From the NCBI GenBank assembly GCA_001643675.2, contig LSRY02000085.1, forward strand, positions 1 to 41,464: a stretch of 41,464 bases of DNA. The letters run 5' to 3'. The stretch comes from Monocercomonoides exilis PA203. Its lineage: Eukaryota; Protista; Preaxostyla. Positions 37,701 to 41,464 of this stretch are shown in pieces (position 1 is the first letter of the stretch; each line of letters opens with the position of its first letter). The position numbers and the translations under genes were made by a program. A model generated the notes under the pieces. The model worked only from the letters and a program-made list of their open reading frames with translations, did no database searches and was not told the DNA's origin.

Positions 37701-40700
37701 TCTTTTCGATAAAAATTACAAAATTTGTGTTGATAGCTCCCTGGCTCCTGTGGCCTGCACAGCAGGCCACACCACTCACCGCGCCCTCCCCGCCCCGCAA
37801 AAAATAATATGAAAAATTCGGTTATTTCCAGTGAAATGACTGAAAGAGCCTAGGGCAGCGCGCAGCGCGTTCCTTCCGGCTCGAGAGAGTGGGGAGCGCC
37901 TTGCAACGCTGTCCGATCACTCTCTCCCCCATTCACACACACTCTGCATGTGTTTTGGGTGTAAGTTTTGTGTTTATTTCGGCTGAGAAGGTCTTTTCTC
38001 TCTGAAAGGGCCCTCTCACCCGAAATATCACTCAACACCAAATAGAGTGTGTTTTTCTCTTTTCGATAAAATTACAAAATTTGTGTTGATAGCTCCCTGG
38101 CTCCTGTGGCCTGCACAGCAGGCCACACCACCTCACCTGCGCCCTCCCCGCCCCGCAAAAATAATATGAAAATTCGGTTAAACAGTGAAATGACTGAGAA
38201 AGGCCTCAGCAGCGCGCGCGTTCTTCCGGCTCGAGAGAGTGGGAGCGCCTGTCCAACCTCTCCCCATCACACACACACTCTGCAATTATTGTTTTGAGTG
38301 AAGTTTTAGTTTATTTCGGCTGAGAAGGTCTTTTCTCTGAAAGGGCCCTCTCACCCGAAATACTCAACACCAATAGAGTGCTTCTCAAAACTTCTTTTTC
38401 GATAAAATTACAAAATTTGTGTTGATAGCTCCCTGGTCCTGTGGCCTGCACAGCAGGCCACACCACTCACCGCGCCCTCCCCGCCCCGCAAAAATAATAT
38501 GAAAAATTCGGTTAAACAGGGAAAATGACTGAGAAAGGCCTAGGGCAGCGCGCAGCGCGTTCTTCCGGCTCGGAGAGGGTGGGAGCGCCTTGCAACGCCG
38601 CTCCTATCACTCTCTCCCCATTCACACACACTCTGTTATTGTTTTGAGTGCTTTTGTGTTTATTTCGGCTGAGAAGGTCTTTTCTCTGAAAGGGCCCTCT
38701 CACCCGAAATATCACTCAACACCAAATAGAGTGAAAACTTCTTTTCGATAAAAATTACAAAAATTTGTACTGATAGCTCCTTCTGTGGCCTGCACAGCAG
38801 GCCACACCACTCACCGCGCCCTCCCCCGCCCCGCAAAAAAATAATATGAAAATTCGGTTAAACAGGGAAAATGACGAGAAAGGCTAGGCAGCGCAGCGCT
38901 GTTCTTCCGGCTCGGAGATGGGAGCGCCTTGCGCGTCCTATCACTCTCTCCCCCATTCCACACACACTCCTGCATGTGTTTTGAGTGTAAGTTTTGTGTT
39001 TATTTCGGCTGAGAAGGTCTTTTTCTCTGAAAGGGCCCTCTCACCCGAATTAACACCAAATATTCTCAAAACTTCTTTTTCGATAAAAATTACAAAATTT
39101 GTGTTAATAGCCCCTCACCCTGTGGCCTGCACAGCAGGCCACACCACTCACCGCGCCTCCCGCCCCGCAAAAAATATTATGAAAATTCGGTTAAACAGGG
39201 AAAATGACTGAAAAGCCTAGGGCGCGCGCAGTTCCCCGGCTCGGAGAGAGGTGGGGAGCGCCTGCAACGCCGTCCTATCACTCTCTCCCCCATTCACACA
39301 CACTCTGTTATGTGTTTTGAGTGTGTTTTAGGGTTTATTTCGGCTGAGAAGGTCTTTCTCTCTGAAAGGGCCCTCTCACCCGAAATATCACTCAACACCA
39401 AATATTCTCAAAACTTCTTTTTCGATAAAAATTACAAAATTTGTGCTAATAGCTCCCTGCTGCTCCTGTGGCCTGCACAGCAGCCACACCACCACCACCG
39501 CGCCCTCCCCGCCCCGCAAAAAAAATAACATGAAAATTCGGTTCTACAGTGAAATGACTGAAAGCCTAGGGCAGCGCGCAGCGCGTTCCTTCCGGCTCGA
39601 GAGTGGGGAGCGCCTTGCAACGCTCTCCGATCACTCTCTCTCCCCATTCACACACACACTCTGCATGTGTTTTGGAGTGTGTTTTGTGATATTTCGGCTG
39701 AGAAGGTCTTTTCTCTGAAAGGGCCCTCTCACCCGAAATATCACTCAACACCAATTATTCTCAAAACTTCTTTTCGATAAAAATTACAAAATTTGTGTTG
39801 ATTCCCTGGCCTCTGTGGCTCGCACAGCAGGCCACACCACTCACCGCGCCCTCCCCGCCCGCAAAAAATAATATGAAAATTCGGTTAAACAGGGAAAATG
39901 ACTGAGAAAGGCCTAGGGCAGCGCGCAGCGCGTTCTTCCGGCTCGGAGAGGAGTGGGGAGCGCCTTGCAACGCCCTCCGATCACTCTCTCCCCATTCACA
40001 CACTCTGCATGTTTTGAGTGTAGTTTTGAGATATTTCGGCTGAGAAGGTCTTTCCTCTGAAAGGGCCCTCTCACCCGAAATATCACTCAACACCAAATAT
40101 TCTCAAAACTTCTTTTTCGATAAAAATTACAAAATTTGTACTGATAGCTCCCTTGTTCCTGTGGCCTGCACAGCAGGCCACACCACTCACCGCGCCCTCC
40201 CCGCCCCGCAAAAAATATTATGAAAAATTCGGTTAAACAGGGAAAATGACTGAGAAAGGCCTAGGGCAGCGCGCAGCGCGTTCCTTCCGGCTCGGAGAGA
40301 GTGGGGAGCGCCTTGCAACGCCGTCCTATCACTCTCCCCCATTCACACACACTCTGTTATTGTTTTGAGTGTAGTTTTGTGATATTTCGGCTGAGAAGGT
40401 CTTTTCCTCTGAAAGGGCCTCTCACCCGAAATATCACTCAACACCAAATAGAGTGTGTTTTCTTTTTCGATAAAAATTACAAAAATTTTGCAAGTTGATA
40501 GCTCCCCGTGGCCTGCACAGCAGGCCACACCACTCACCGCGCCCTCCCCGCCCCGCAAAAATAATATGAAAAATTCGGTTAATACAGGGAAATGACTGAG
40601 AAAGGCCTAGGCAGCGCGCAGCGCGTTCCTTCCGGCTCGGAGAGGTGGGGAGCGCTTGCAACGCTGTCCTATCAATACTCTCTCCCCATTCACACACACT

Positions 40701-41464
40701 CTGTTATTGTTTTGAGTGAAGTTTGTAGATATTTCGGCTGAGAAGGTCTTTCTCTGAAAGGGCCCTCTCACCCGAAATATCACTCAACACCAATTATTCT
40801 CAAAACTTCTTTTCGATAAAAATTACAAAATTTGTGCTGATAGCTTCCCTGGCTCCTGTGGCCTGCACAGCAGGCCACACCACTCACCGCGCCCTCCCCG
40901 CCCCGCAAAAATAATATGAAAAATTCGGTTAAACAGGGAAAATGACTGAAAAGGCCTAGGGCAGCGCGCAGCGCGTTCTTCCGGCTCGGAGAGGGTGGGG
41001 AGCGCCTCCAACGCCGTCCTATCACTCTCTCCCCATTCACACACACTCTGGTATGTGTTTTGAGTGTATTATTTCGGCTGAGAAGGTCTTTTCCTCTGAA
41101 AGGGCCTCTCACCCGAAATATCACTCAAAATAGTGTGTTTTTCTTTTCGATAAAAATACAAAATTTGTGTTGGCCCACTCCCTGTGGCCTGCACAGCAGG
41201 CCACACCACTCACCGCGCCCCGCCCCGCAAAAAATAATATGAAAAATTCGGTTATTTCAGTGAAATGACTGAAAGAGGCCTAGGGCAGCGCGCAGCGCGT
41301 CTCTTCCGGCTCGGAGAGTGGGAGCGCCTTGCAACGCTGTCCTATCACCTCTCTCCCCCATTCACACACACACTCTGTTATGTTTTGAGTGTTTTGTGGT
41401 TATTTCGGCTGAGAAGGTCTTTTCTCTCTGAAAATTCCTTCCACCCGAAATATCACTCAACACT
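13707..41464. repeat. Head-to-tail tandem array, ~357-bp unit, ~78 copies, continuing past the window end
   Basis: The period of 356-362 bp in the proximal part is visible in the recurring ORF coordinates. Up to ~26.9 kb the units differ almost only in homopolymer length. Indels increase after that and become heavy beyond ~36.4 kb. There are no variable spacers. Confidence 0.99.
14006..14343 (+). ncRNA. Candidate structured RNA/ssDNA encoded by each repeat unit (representative copy); family unknown
   Basis: Five consecutive hairpins folded by hand: 14006-14032, 14035-14071, 14072-14117, 14126-14241 and 14294-14316. Non-Watson-Crick positions are mostly G-U on this strand. There is no evidence of expression. 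Confidence 0.4.

Noticed and set aside
13563-41242. Dozens of 60-145 aa ORFs (MVLSDISGERALSERK...)
   Set aside because: They are by-products of the repeat: non-ATG starts, frames that change with homopolymer length, and no recognisable domain.
13707-41464. CRISPR array or integron cassette array
   Set aside because: There are no variable spacers or cassettes, no cas genes, and the context is eukaryotic.

Overview
AT-rich eukaryotic DNA. The short GTTTGT...AG introns, TTAGGG repeats, standard genetic code and the protein family at 1-932 suggest an oxymonad/metamonad such as Monocercomonoides, but this is inference from recall. The left 13.6 kb holds, in order: a 5'-truncated, frameshifted fragment of a beta-helix-like multigene family (minus strand); a cluster of palindromes and a 257-bp foldback; one long minus-strand frame joining a USP (peptidase C19) deubiquitinase domain to a Sola-type DDD transposase, broken by two in-frame stops; a ~1-kb module bracketed by TTAGGG tracts; a divergent plus-strand tyrosine recombinase with a C-terminal Myb domain; and decayed coding remnants. 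From ~13,707 to the window end is a head-to-tail array of ~78 near-identical ~357-bp units. Each unit folds into five consecutive hairpins whose mismatches are mostly G-U/G-T on the + strand, and the array is preceded by a unique cap with GCGAAGC mini-hairpins. Sequence quality falls towards the right end, as expected at a long-read contig end. The many short ORFs in the array are not credible genes.
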